Source: a virus
Taxonomy: Duplodnaviria > Caudoviricetes
Reading direction: 5' to 3' (one strand)
DNA length: 39,619 nt
IMG/VR virus record: IMGVR_UViG_3300020045_000842
Coordinates: 1-39,619 of that record
The position numbers and the translations under genes are program-made. Within the stretch, counting starts at the first letter, position 1. Every line of letters begins with the position of its first letter. The notes under the pieces are model-generated. The model was not told the DNA's origin. It saw only the letters and a program-made list of their open reading frames with translations, and made no database searches. Below, piece after piece: positions 1 to 9,240 of this stretch.

Positions 1-121
1 AAGTGAAAGTCTTTACATCGGTTCAGCGAAAAATATCAAACTTCGCTGGCAAGATCATAAGAAAACGCTTCGCGGTAATCGCCATCATTCAGCGTATTTG
101 CAAAACGCTTGGAATAAACAT
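1..121. repeat. Terminal direct repeat, copy 1 (circular assembly overlap)
   Basis: Bases 1-121 are identical to 39499-39619 and the repeat lies inside a continuous ORF, as expected for a circular or terminally redundant assembly. Confidence 0.95.
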
Positions 122-496
122 GGCGAAGAAAGTTTTATTTTTGAAGTTCTTTTAATTTGCAAAGTTGAAAACCTTTTGACTTACGAACAAAAGGCAATTG
201 ATACTTACAAACCTGCGTACAACATGAGAAAAACTGCGCATAATCAAACTGGCTTTAAACATAGCGAAGAATCAAAAGTTAAAATGAGCAAGGCGCGTGA
301 AGGTGCAATTTTCACTGAAGAAACTCGACGTAAGATTAGTCAAGCCAATAAGGGCAAAACTCACACTGAAGAGTCTCGGCGTAAAATGAGCAGCGTTTCG
401 AATAAAGTTTTGAAGGCTAAAGCAGCAAATGCGCGTTGGAACAGGAAACGCGCCGAAGAGAATGCAATCTTAAGGAGTTTTGGATATGAATGTTAA
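1..496 (+). CDS. GIY-YIG homing endonuclease with NUMOD3-type repeats (3' part; gene starts at ATG 39461 and wraps the junction, about 177 aa)
   Basis: Joined translation MQASGIYAIRHNASESLYIGSAKNIKLRWQDHK contains GIY...YIG. C-terminal HSEESKVKMS, FTEETRRKIS and HTEESRRKMS are NUMOD3-like repeats. Confidence 0.9.
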   Translation, partial: SESLYIGSAKNIKLRWQDHKKTLRGNRHHSAYLQNAWNKHGEESFIFEVLLICKVENLLTYEQKAIDTYKPAYNMRKTAHNQTGFKHSEESKVKMSKAREGAIFTEETRRKISQANKGKTHTEESRRKMSSVSNKVLKAKAANARWNRKRAEENAILRSFGYEC

Positions 497-1202
497 TCAA
501 CTAAAACCTGCGGGACAATTGACGCAACGTTTCGGCGTAAAATCGATTCTTTACGGACAGCCAGGAACTGGCAAAACGCCAATGATTAACACAGCACCGC
601 GCCCGGTCTTGCTTGCGACTGAGCCGGGTTTGCTTTCAATGCGCGGTTCGTCAATACCGACTTGGGAAGCTTTTACAATTGAAAAAGTGGATGAATTTTT
701 CAAATGGTTTTTTGAATCTAAGGAATCTGGCAACTTTGATACACTGGCGATTGATTCCGGTTCGCAGTATGCTGAAATGTCACTGGCAAAGCACCAAGCA
801 AAATGCAAAGACGGACGCAAAGCCTACGGCGAAATGTCATTAGAAGTTATGCGATGGTTTGACCAGCTTTATTACATGCCACAAAAACACGTAATTCTAA
901 TTTGCAAGCAAATGAAAGCCGAAGTTGGCAAGCAAATTGTAGCTAGCGGCGGCGCATTTACTGTCGAAATGACCTATCAAGCGCAACCGTTTTTTCCCGG
1001 TCAGGATTTGAATATCAAAGTTCCACACCGTTATGATGAGATTCTTTACGTTTCACAAGCTCAAGTTCCCGGCGTTTCACAGCCCACAATTGCAATACGC
1101 ACCCGGCAAACGCCTGAAATTCTAGCGCGTGACAGAAGCGGCAGGCTTGCCGAACTTGAACCGCCTGACCTGACCGCTTTGATTAACAAAGCAATGTCCT
1201 AA
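486..1202 (+). CDS. Sak4-like / AAA_24 phage ATPase (recombination)
   Basis: Walker A GQPGTGKT, Walker B-like LAIDS, C-terminal ARDRSG motif; lies next to an SSB gene; AGGAG upstream of ATG 486. Confidence 0.8.
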   Translation: MNVNQLKPAGQLTQRFGVKSILYGQPGTGKTPMINTAPRPVLLATEPGLLSMRGSSIPTWEAFTIEKVDEFFKWFFESKESGNFDTLAIDSGSQYAEMSLAKHQAKCKDGRKAYGEMSLEVMRWFDQLYYMPQKHVILICKQMKAEVGKQIVASGGAFTVEMTYQAQPFFPGQDLNIKVPHRYDEILYVSQAQVPGVSQPTIAIRTRQTPEILARDRSGRLAELEPPDLTALINKAMS

Positions 1203-1262
1203 AGTTTTCCGGCCTATTTGTCAAGCCGTTTAATTGACAATTTTCAAAATGGAGTTTTACAA

Positions 1263-1916
1263 ATGGCACAACTATTGGCAATGTTTGACGCACGCGCTTT
1301 TGATCCTACTCAGGGTGTTGGTTCTTTGCCTATTGGCAAACATCCGGTTATTGCTGAATCTTCTGAAGTCAGGCCGACAAGCAACAATGACGGCGGGTAT
1401 CTGCAATTCAATCTGAAAATCATTGACGGCCCGAATGCTGGTGCAACTGGCGCGTATCGCCTGAACCTTTATAACGCAAGCCAAAAGGCTGTCGAAATCG
1501 CACACCGTCAAATGAGTGCACTTTGTCACGTAACCGGCGTTTATAACGTGCAAGATTCGGCGCAACTGCACAACATTCCGTTCATGATCGAAGTGGGCGC
1601 ACAGAAGGGCGAAGACGCTGTTGCGAAGGGTTACACCGAAATCAAGCGCGTTTTCGACATTCATGGCAATGAACCGGGCAAGCAAGCGCAAGGCGCACAA
1701 GCTGCTCAGCCGCAACAGCAAGCAGCGGCAGCAGTTCAACAAGCACCGGCTCAAGCTGCATGGCAACAGCCTGCGCAGCAACAGGCACCAGTGCAAACTG
1801 CACCGGCTTGGGGTCAAGCACAATCTCAACAGCCACAAACCACGCAGCCAGCACAGCAAGCAGCATGGGGTCAGCAATCCGGTTCAGTCGGCGCTGCTCC
1901 TTGGGGTCAAAAGTAA
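1263..1916 (+). CDS. Single-stranded DNA-binding protein (DUF669-like) with Q/A/P/W-rich tail
   Basis: LPIGKHPVIAESSEV...GGYLQFNLKIIDGP pattern typical of DUF669-type phage SSBs; follows the Sak4-like gene; GGAG upstream of ATG 1263. Confidence 0.75.
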   Translation: MAQLLAMFDARAFDPTQGVGSLPIGKHPVIAESSEVRPTSNNDGGYLQFNLKIIDGPNAGATGAYRLNLYNASQKAVEIAHRQMSALCHVTGVYNVQDSAQLHNIPFMIEVGAQKGEDAVAKGYTEIKRVFDIHGNEPGKQAQGAQAAQPQQQAAAAVQQAPAQAAWQQPAQQQAPVQTAPAWGQAQSQQPQTTQPAQQAAWGQQSGSVGAAPWGQK

Positions 1917-1932
1917 GTCTTTTCAACGTAGC

Positions 1933-1959
1933 AACGGCGGGTTAATTCCCGCCGTTTTT
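1933..1959 (+). terminator. Rho-independent terminator after the SSB gene
   Basis: AACGGCGGG-TTAATT-CCCGCCGTT followed by T residues. Confidence 0.75.
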
Positions 1960-1972
1960 GTCAGAGGTTGAA

Positions 1973-2161
1973 ATGCAATTCATTACAACAAAACCGCCGG
2001 AAATTACAGCAGCGCAAAAAGAAACACTTGAAGCGAAACGCTGCCCCTATTGCCTAAGCCGTGATTTATTTCACATTTACGGAAAAATGACAATAACCGG
2101 ATGCAACAAATGCGAACATCTTTATATTTTGGCCGTTGAAGAAAGCAGACAAAATGCCTGA
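1973..2161 (+). CDS. Small zinc-ribbon protein
   Basis: CPYC...CNKC; GAGG upstream of ATG 1973; overlaps the next start. Confidence 0.55.
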   Translation: MQFITTKPPEITAAQKETLEAKRCPYCLSRDLFHIYGKMTITGCNKCEHLYILAVEESRQNA

Positions 2162-3029
2162 TCTGAATTCGCCAGGTGTCGCACAAGCTGTTGCAAAGCG
2201 CATTGCAAGCGAGATTGACGACTATTGCGCAACAACGTACGACGGAGGGCACAGAACGCACCTTGGCGCGTCGTTAATCGGTCATGAGTGCAAGCGTTAC
2301 TTGTGGTATGTATTCCGCTGGTGTTTGCATGAGAAACACACAGGCAGACAGCAGCGCTTGTTCAATCGTGGACACCGTGAAGAAGATCGCTTTATCGAAT
2401 GGTTGAAGGGTATTGGCGCTGAAGTTTGGTCTATGTCGGAAGACGGCGAACAGTTCCGAATCAGCGGCGTTAACGGTCATTTCGGTGGATCGCTTGACGG
2501 CATTGCAAAACTTCCTGAACGTTACGAAATTGACGAAGCGGTTTTGCTCGAATTCAAAACTAATGGAACCGGCGCGGGATTCAATAAACTTTTGTCCGAT
2601 GGAATGCCGATTGCAAAACCGCAACATTTTGCGCAAACTTCAACATACGGAAACAAAGGAGTTAAAGGAACAAAGTTCAATTATTGTTTGTATTTGAACA
2701 TCAATAAAAATGACGATTCAATGCACGTTGAGTTAGTGAAACTTGATCACAAGTTAGGCGCACAAATGGAAATTAAAGCCGAGCAAATCATAATGGCTCA
2801 AACTGCACCGGCTAGACTTTCCGACAACCCTACATACAAACAATGCGGGTGGTGCACGATGAAAGGAGTTTGTCACAAAGGCGAACAGCCGGAAAAGAAT
2901 TGCAGAAGTTGTGCAAACGCTTCAGCCGTTGAAAATGCCGAATGGTTTTGTTCGCAACACAATGCGATTATTCCAAAGGAATTTATTTTAAAAGGCTGTG
3001 GTAATTGGAAGCCAATAACAAATGTTTAA
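2154..3029 (+). CDS. PD-(D/E)XK Cas4/lambda-exo-like exonuclease
   Basis: HLGASLIGHEC, GSLDG, LLEFKT and HFAQ motifs, plus C-terminal Cys clusters (CGWC...C, CRSC). Confidence 0.85.
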   Translation: MPDLNSPGVAQAVAKRIASEIDDYCATTYDGGHRTHLGASLIGHECKRYLWYVFRWCLHEKHTGRQQRLFNRGHREEDRFIEWLKGIGAEVWSMSEDGEQFRISGVNGHFGGSLDGIAKLPERYEIDEAVLLEFKTNGTGAGFNKLLSDGMPIAKPQHFAQTSTYGNKGVKGTKFNYCLYLNINKNDDSMHVELVKLDHKLGAQMEIKAEQIIMAQTAPARLSDNPTYKQCGWCTMKGVCHKGEQPEKNCRSCANASAVENAEWFCSQHNAIIPKEFILKGCGNWKPITNV

Positions 3030-3513
3030 ACTTTTAAACGTGTTGAAAAACAGGCTTGATTACAACCCGGAAACAGGACTGTTTAGATATCGTCATGATT
3101 TAAACATAATGAAAAAAGGCGATGTTGCAGGAACTGCTAATACAAACGGTCACATTCAAATATCAATAAACAATAAACTTTACTTAGCCCATAATTTAGC
3201 ATGGTTTTACATGACAGAAGTTTATCCGTTTGATTTTATAGTCGATCATATCGACAGAGTTTACGACAATAACAAATGGAATAATTTAAGAAAAGCAAAC
3301 GTTAGCCAAAATCAAGGGAACTCAAGCATTCGAATAGACAACAAAAGCGGCGCAAAAGGCGTTTATTGGAACGAAAAGAAAAAGCGTTGGATTGCCCAGA
3401 TAACAATAAATAATAAAAGAACTCATTTAGGTACGTTTGTTTCGAAAGAAAGCGCGAAGCAAGCTTACAAGGAAGCTGCAAATTTACATTTTGGAAAGTT
3501 TGCCAATGTTTAA
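3022..3513 (+). CDS. HNH homing endonuclease with AP2 DNA-binding domain
   Basis: VDHIDRVYDNNKWNNLR (HNH_3 type); KGVYW...WIAQITINNKRTHLGTF (AP2). Confidence 0.9.
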   Translation: MFKLLNVLKNRLDYNPETGLFRYRHDLNIMKKGDVAGTANTNGHIQISINNKLYLAHNLAWFYMTEVYPFDFIVDHIDRVYDNNKWNNLRKANVSQNQGNSSIRIDNKSGAKGVYWNEKKKRWIAQITINNKRTHLGTFVSKESAKQAYKEAANLHFGKFANV

Positions 3514-5191
3514 GCCAAGGTACTATCAAAATGACGCCGAATACGCAATCTTCGAATACTTCGCCCAAGGTAATGTGGGTAATCCGGTTGTGGCGCTTCC
3601 GACTGGCACCGGCAAGGGCGTTGTAATCGGCAATTTCATTCGACATATTTTCGGCTACTGGCCGAATCAGCGCATCATGATGCTGACGCACGTGAAAGAG
3701 CTAATCAGCCAGAACGCTGAAAAGCTCATTAAAATCTGGCCGACTGTTCCACTAGGCGTCTATAGTGCTGGCTTGAACTCCCGCGATATGATTATGCCAA
3801 TTGTATTTGGTGGCGTTCAATCTGTTGCCAAATGCATTGAACGTTGTTTGAAAGAAAATGACGGACGACCAGACTATCTAAAACATTTCGGATTCCGTGA
3901 CTTGGTGCTCATTGACGAATGCCACTTGCTAGGCCCGAACGAAGATACGATGTATCAATTCGTCATTGCTGAACTAAAGAAGATAAATCCACGTTTGAAA
4001 GTAATTGGATTCACCGCAACGCCTTACAGACTAAAGCAGGGCATGATAACGGACGAAGGTTTGTTCACGGACATTTGCTATGACCAGACCGGCGTAGAAG
4101 CGTTTAATCGAATGATTGCAGAGGGATTTATGGCTCCGCTGGTCGGTCGCCCTACGCGTCTACAATTGGACGTTTCAGAGGTCGGCATGGTCGGAAACGA
4201 CTTTAACCAAAAGCAACTGGCAAATGCTGTTGATAAAGACGAAATCACTTATGCAGCAGTCAAGGAAACGGTAGAAACTGCACACGATAGACACTGTTGG
4301 ATAGGCTTTGCATCGAGCATTGACAACGCCGAGCATATCGCGGCAATGTTGCAAAGCTTTGGCGTCAATGCCTCATGCGTTCATTCCAAGCTACCAATGA
4401 AAACGAATGACGACCGGATAGCAGCGTTCAAGGCTGGCGAATTGACAGCATTGGTCAATATGAACAAACTGACAACAGGTTTCGACCATTGCCCGATTGA
4501 TTTGATTTTCGACCTTCAGCCGACAATGTCACCAGGAAAGCACGTCCAAAAATGGGGGCGAGGGACTAGACCATCACCAGAAACCGGAAAGCGCAACTGT
4601 TTAGGCTTAGACTTCGCTGGAAACTTCAGGCGGTTAGGCCCGATCAATGACCCAAAGATTCCACGCAAACCGGGCAAAGGTGGTGCAGGCGAAGCACCGA
4701 TAAAAATTTGTGACAGTTGTGGTTTGTACAACCATGCATCAGCGCGATTCTGCGGCGGCGGTTCGTCAAGCGAAGAAGCGCAAAGCTTAGGTGGTTGTGG
4801 TTACGCTTTCACGTTCGAAACTAAAATATTTTCAACTGCATTTAGCGGCGAGCTTTTACGAAGTGATGCGCCGATAGTTGAATATTTTGATGTAAAGCGT
4901 GTAATATACAACTTGCACGAAAAGAAAAACAAAGAAGGAATTTTGATTGCACCGCCATCGATTAAAGTATCGTACTTTTGCGGATTACAAATGTTTAATG
5001 AATGGATATGTCTGGAACATCCCGGAATGCCATCGAAAAAAGCGCGGGATTGGTGGCGGCAAAGACACGCCGAAGAACCACCAGCAACAACGTTTGAAGC
5101 GTTAAAGCGTGTTTCTGAGTTGCGAATGCCTGCTAAAGTTCGCGTATGGTCAAACAAGAAGTACCCCGAAATTTTAGGTTATGAATATTGA
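3506..5191 (+). CDS. Superfamily 2 DNA helicase (DExH, RadD/YejH-like, with Zn finger)
   Basis: PRYYQ, PTGTGK, DECH, TATP, TTGFD and QKWGRGTR motifs; CDSC zinc finger. Confidence 0.92.
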   Translation: MFKPRYYQNDAEYAIFEYFAQGNVGNPVVALPTGTGKGVVIGNFIRHIFGYWPNQRIMMLTHVKELISQNAEKLIKIWPTVPLGVYSAGLNSRDMIMPIVFGGVQSVAKCIERCLKENDGRPDYLKHFGFRDLVLIDECHLLGPNEDTMYQFVIAELKKINPRLKVIGFTATPYRLKQGMITDEGLFTDICYDQTGVEAFNRMIAEGFMAPLVGRPTRLQLDVSEVGMVGNDFNQKQLANAVDKDEITYAAVKETVETAHDRHCWIGFASSIDNAEHIAAMLQSFGVNASCVHSKLPMKTNDDRIAAFKAGELTALVNMNKLTTGFDHCPIDLIFDLQPTMSPGKHVQKWGRGTRPSPETGKRNCLGLDFAGNFRRLGPINDPKIPRKPGKGGAGEAPIKICDSCGLYNHASARFCGGGSSSEEAQSLGGCGYAFTFETKIFSTAFSGELLRSDAPIVEYFDVKRVIYNLHEKKNKEGILIAPPSIKVSYFCGLQMFNEWICLEHPGMPSKKARDWWRQRHAEEPPATTFEALKRVSELRMPAKVRVWSNKKYPEILGYEY

Positions 5192-5202
5192 AAGGGTTTG
5201 AA

Positions 5203-5939
5203 ATGTTTCAAGACATTAAAAACGGTCGGTTTTATCTTGGCGATTGTCTTAAAGTTATGAAAGAAATACCAGACGGCTGTATAGATATGATTCTTTGCGA
5301 CTTGCCTTACGGAACCACGCAAAACAAATGGGATTCGATAATTGAATTGAAACCGCTTTGGATTGAATATTGGAGAATTGCCAAAGCAACCGCGGCTATA
5401 GTTCTAACGGCGCAGCCGCCTTTTGATAAAGTTTTAGGAGCTTCTTGCATTGATTTTTTAAAATACGAATGGATATGGCGCAAAACACGAGCGACTGGAC
5501 ATCTGAACGCAAAAAAAAACAGCCAATGAAAGCCCATGAGAACGTTTTAGTGTTTTATAAAAATCAAGTGCTATACACGCCTCAGAACTTAGTAAAGAAG
5601 CAAACTCCGACAGTTCGAAAAGGCGGCAATAACGGCACAAATTACGGAAAGTCAGATAAAGACGCTTTGCAAGAATATGAGAACTACCCGAATTCTATTT
5701 TAGAAATTGCCTCTGAGGGTAAAGGGTTTCACCCGACACAAAAACCCGTTGCCCTTTTTGAATACCTGATAAAAACTTACACAAACGAAGGCGATTTAGT
5801 TTTAGATAACTGCGCTGGTTCAGGTACAACGGCAATAGCTTGTGAAAACACAAACCGTAAATGGGTTTGCATAGAACAGCTTGAAGAATATGCAAACAAA
5901 GCTATCGAGCGTATTTCAAACCATGAAAAGGAAATGTAA
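5203..5939 (+). CDS. N4C/N6A DNA methyltransferase (beta class), split by a -1 frameshift at an A9 run (5511-5519)
   Basis: ORF 5188-5529 has GDCL and DLPYG (motif IV); ORF 5469-5939 has HPTQKP and DNCAGSGTT (motif I). The halves join as TGHLNAKK(K)QPMKAHEN. Confidence 0.85.
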
Positions 5940-7039
5940 TGATAGTTAATACTGAAACCGGAGAAATTGTTGATAATCCAGAAATGGAGCCGAAGAAAAA
6001 AACTCGCGCAAGAAAAGCCAAAGTCGTAGAGCAAAGCAGCGCGGCAACTTCGCTAATTTCGGCATTGAAATTTATCAGTCCAGTGCAGAAAAAAACAGGA
6101 ACGCCAGCACAGCAGCATTGCTCTATTTCCGGTAATTGGTGTGCGGCGTCTAACGGCATAATGATGATTGCGGAAAAAGTTGAAGATGACTTGACAGCTT
6201 GCCCACATACAATGCAACTGCTCGACGCTCTAGCCAAATGTGGGCAAGACTTGAACATCACGCAACTTAGCGAAACCTCGCTTTCTGTTATGTCTGAGAA
6301 GTTCCGCGCAATCGTTCCTTGCGCTTTGCCTGAACAACTTGAACTTACCGCGCCTGATCCAGAAATAGCTGCAATTGATGATCGAATTAAAGACGCTTTG
6401 GCTTGTGTCGGCGGCCTTGCGACAGACGGCGCAACCGATGCCATAAAAGCGGCTGTCCTGCTGCAATCCGGCTCCGCTGTGGCAACAAACGGAGTTAGCC
6501 TTATGGAATACTGGCACGGCGTTGATTTGCCTTCTATGCTCGTTCCAAAGGCTTCAGCGGTCGCTATCTGCAAAGCTGGAAAAAAACTACGCGGTTTAGG
6601 TTTTTCTGGCTCTTCAGCAACGTTTTATTTTGAAGATGACAGTTTTATAAAGACGCAACTTTACGGAGAACGCTACCCGAACTATCAAGCATTGCTAAAC
6701 GTTCCTTCGAATCCTTGGCCGTTGCCGGATGACTTTTTCAAAGCCGTTCAAGCGGTTGAGTCTTTCAGCAAAAATGGAATTGTGTATTTTGACGAATTGT
6801 CGATATCTTCACGCGAAGACATTCCAGAAGCAACAACGTATAAGGTTGAAGGATTGCCAAACGGCATGGGGTTTAATGCACGATTTTTACTAAATGTTAA
6901 ACATGCAATGAAAACAGCACACTTTGACAAAGAAAGCGGAAAAGTGCTATTCTTTGGCGAAAATGTTCGCGGAGTTTTAAACGCAGTTAGGCAACAAGAA
7001 AAGCCAAAAGAATTTGACCCTGACGATGTGCCGTTTTAG
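5939..7039 (+). CDS. DNA polymerase III beta-subunit-like sliding clamp / processivity factor
   Basis: 366 aa, typical beta-clamp length; ASNG/ATNG repeats, ERYPNY (cf. GxYPxY) and GFNARFL (cf. GFNxxYL); lies directly upstream of the polymerase. Confidence 0.7.
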   Translation: MIVNTETGEIVDNPEMEPKKKTRARKAKVVEQSSAATSLISALKFISPVQKKTGTPAQQHCSISGNWCAASNGIMMIAEKVEDDLTACPHTMQLLDALAKCGQDLNITQLSETSLSVMSEKFRAIVPCALPEQLELTAPDPEIAAIDDRIKDALACVGGLATDGATDAIKAAVLLQSGSAVATNGVSLMEYWHGVDLPSMLVPKASAVAICKAGKKLRGLGFSGSSATFYFEDDSFIKTQLYGERYPNYQALLNVPSNPWPLPDDFFKAVQAVESFSKNGIVYFDELSISSREDIPEATTYKVEGLPNGMGFNARFLLNVKHAMKTAHFDKESGKVLFFGENVRGVLNAVRQQEKPKEFDPDDVPF

Positions 7040-7049
7040 TGGAGTTATT

Positions 7050-7184
7050 ATGAAACTTGCGTACATATTGCTATGGATTTTCATTCTACATAGAAATGTT
7101 GAAATGATAATTGTCATGACTTTAATATTGCTGGTTCTTGAAATTACAGAAGCTTTTGCAAGGAACACCAGAAGTGTTAAATGA
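7050..7184 (+). CDS. Small hydrophobic membrane protein (44 aa, not in the ORF track)
   Basis: GGAG then ATG; MKLAYILLWIFILHRNVEMIIVMTLILLVLEITEAFARNTRSVK fills the gap between clamp and polymerase. Confidence 0.5.
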   Translation: MKLAYILLWIFILHRNVEMIIVMTLILLVLEITEAFARNTRSVK

Positions 7185-9240
7185 ATCCGGTTTTATAATT
7201 GCAAAGCATGAGCGAAAAACAAACTTAATCGCGGCGGCTGTCAGAAGTGCGTTAAACGCTGTCGTAGTAATGACAGATGACGAATTGCTTTCAATTCCTG
7301 CCGGAACCAAGTTTGTTTTTGATACAGAATGCTATTCGAATTTCTGGTTTATCGCGTTTAAATGTCTTGACAATGGCAAGTTTGTAACGTTTGAAAATTC
7401 GCCAGATTGCAGTATCAACACAACTAAATTGAATTGGATGCTGTGGCGGTTTTGCATCATTGGATTCAATTCGAACAATTACGATTTGCCGATGATGGCC
7501 CTCGCGCTAACCGGCGTATCCTGCGCAACGCTGAAAGAGGCGTCAGACTTCATCATTAAAAGCGGTCCTCAGTACGGAACAAAAAAAGTCACGCAGTTTG
7601 ACTTTGAACGAGAATACAAAGTCAAAATCCAGCAATACGATCACATTGACCTGTTCAACGTCTGCCCGGTCAATGGCGGTCTGACTGCCACGCCAGCATC
7701 ACTAAAGCTCTACGCCGGTCGCCTACACGCGCCCAGGATGCAAGATTTACCATTTGACGAGTCACGCATTTTGACCCAGGAAGAAGCGGAGATTGTGCGG
7801 CCTTACTGTTGCAACGACCTGCAAAATACAGAATTGCTTTTCAACGAATTGCGCCCTGAGATAACGTTGCGCGAAGAAATGTCCAAAGACTACGGGCTAG
7901 AACTTCGCTCTAAATCCGATGCTCAAATTGCTGAAGCTGTTATTAATTCGGAGTTGCAAAAGCTAACGGGTTATTTTCCAAAGAAGCCCACAATCAACCC
8001 GGCTTTGGCTTTGCAGTACAACGTTCCTTCGTTCGTTAAGTTCGAGTCAAAAAAGCTTAATGACATTCTCGAAACGATAAGGGCTACGCGCTTCCAGTTG
8101 GACAAGCTTGGTTCGCCAATCATGCCTGATGCGCTTGAAGGCTTGAAGGTGCAGATTGGCAAAGGCTTGTACTCAATCGGAATGGGAGGATTGCACTCCA
8201 ATGAAAAAAGCATTTCGCACTTTGCCAGTGATGAAGTAATCATTGCAGACAACGATTTTGATTCGTTCTATCCAAAAATAATACTGAATCAGAACCTCTT
8301 TCCCTCGCATCTTGGCGAAGCGTTTATAAAGGTCTATAGAAAAATTGTCGATACACGCCTACACGCAAAAGAACAAGCAAAGATTTGCAAAAAAGCAGGC
8401 GATAGAGAAGCGGCAAAACGCTGGAAAACAATTGCAGATAGTTTGAAGATTACAATAAACGGTAGTTTTGGAAAGTTTGGAAACAAATACTCAACGCTCT
8501 ATGCGCCTCAACTGATGCTACAAGTAACCATCACCGGCCAGCTTGTTTTGCTTATGCTTATTGAGAAGCTAGAGAATGTGGGAATTGAGGTTATTAGCGG
8601 CAACACAGACGGCATAATATCCAAGTATCACAAATCGCGCCATGATGAAGTCAGAGCGATAATAAAAGAAATTGAAACGATAACGAACTTTACAACTGAA
8701 GAAACGCGGTATTTATCTGTTCATTCGCGTGATGTAAATTCTTATGTCGCTGTTAAGGAAGAAGGCGACAGCGAAGCGCGTTTTCTTGACGAACGTTTAG
8801 GAATGAAAACAAAAGGTGCGTTCTGCGAAAGAGGTTCAGCATTAAACAGTGTTTTGTCAAAGAATCCAGAAACATTGATTTGTTCTGACGCTGTTTTGAT
8901 GTTTCTGAAAAATAAAACGCCAGTCGAAAAAACAATCCGCGAATGCAAAGATATTCGGCGATTTGTTGCAATCAAGAATGTAAAAGGTGGCGGCGAAAAA
9001 GACGGCGTTTATCTAGGTAAAGTTGTTCGTTGGTATTATCCGAAAAACGAAGTGGGTTTTATCTCTTACGTTTTGAGCGGCAACAAAGTTCCAAAGACAG
9101 ACGGCGCGAAGCCTTTAATGGACTTGCCGCAAGAATTACCGCAAGATATTGATTACGCCAGATACGAAAAAGAAGCCGTTGATTTGCTTTATGACTGCGG
9201 GTACTTCAAGCAAGCTGAAACGGCTTCTTTGTTCTTTTAA
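7174..9240 (+). CDS. Family B DNA polymerase with 3'-5' exonuclease domain
   Basis: Exo motifs FDTEC, GFNSNNYD and YCCND; Pol motifs DFDSFYP, KITINGSFGK and NTDG. Start is uncertain: GTG 7174 has AAGGA upstream, and the frame is open from 7138. Confidence 0.9.
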   Translation: MLNESGFIIAKHERKTNLIAAAVRSALNAVVVMTDDELLSIPAGTKFVFDTECYSNFWFIAFKCLDNGKFVTFENSPDCSINTTKLNWMLWRFCIIGFNSNNYDLPMMALALTGVSCATLKEASDFIIKSGPQYGTKKVTQFDFEREYKVKIQQYDHIDLFNVCPVNGGLTATPASLKLYAGRLHAPRMQDLPFDESRILTQEEAEIVRPYCCNDLQNTELLFNELRPEITLREEMSKDYGLELRSKSDAQIAEAVINSELQKLTGYFPKKPTINPALALQYNVPSFVKFESKKLNDILETIRATRFQLDKLGSPIMPDALEGLKVQIGKGLYSIGMGGLHSNEKSISHFASDEVIIADNDFDSFYPKIILNQNLFPSHLGEAFIKVYRKIVDTRLHAKEQAKICKKAGDREAAKRWKTIADSLKITINGSFGKFGNKYSTLYAPQLMLQVTITGQLVLLMLIEKLENVGIEVISGNTDGIISKYHKSRHDEVRAIIKEIETITNFTTEETRYLSVHSRDVNSYVAVKEEGDSEARFLDERLGMKTKGAFCERGSALNSVLSKNPETLICSDAVLMFLKNKTPVEKTIRECKDIRRFVAIKNVKGGGEKDGVYLGKVVRWYYPKNEVGFISYVLSGNKVPKTDGAKPLMDLPQELPQDIDYARYEKEAVDLLYDCGYFKQAETASLFF

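Noticed and set aside
1-121. 121-bp terminal repeat as a biological terminal repeat or att site
   Set aside because: It falls mid-gene and is best explained as assembly overlap of a circular contig.
1933-1956. Same TTAATT loop in hairpins at 1933 and 20665 as a dedicated signal
   Set aside because: Only two instances, both at ordinary terminator positions.
2154-3029. Cas4-like nuclease as evidence of CRISPR-Cas
   Set aside because: No array or other cas genes seen; such nucleases are common in phage replication modules.
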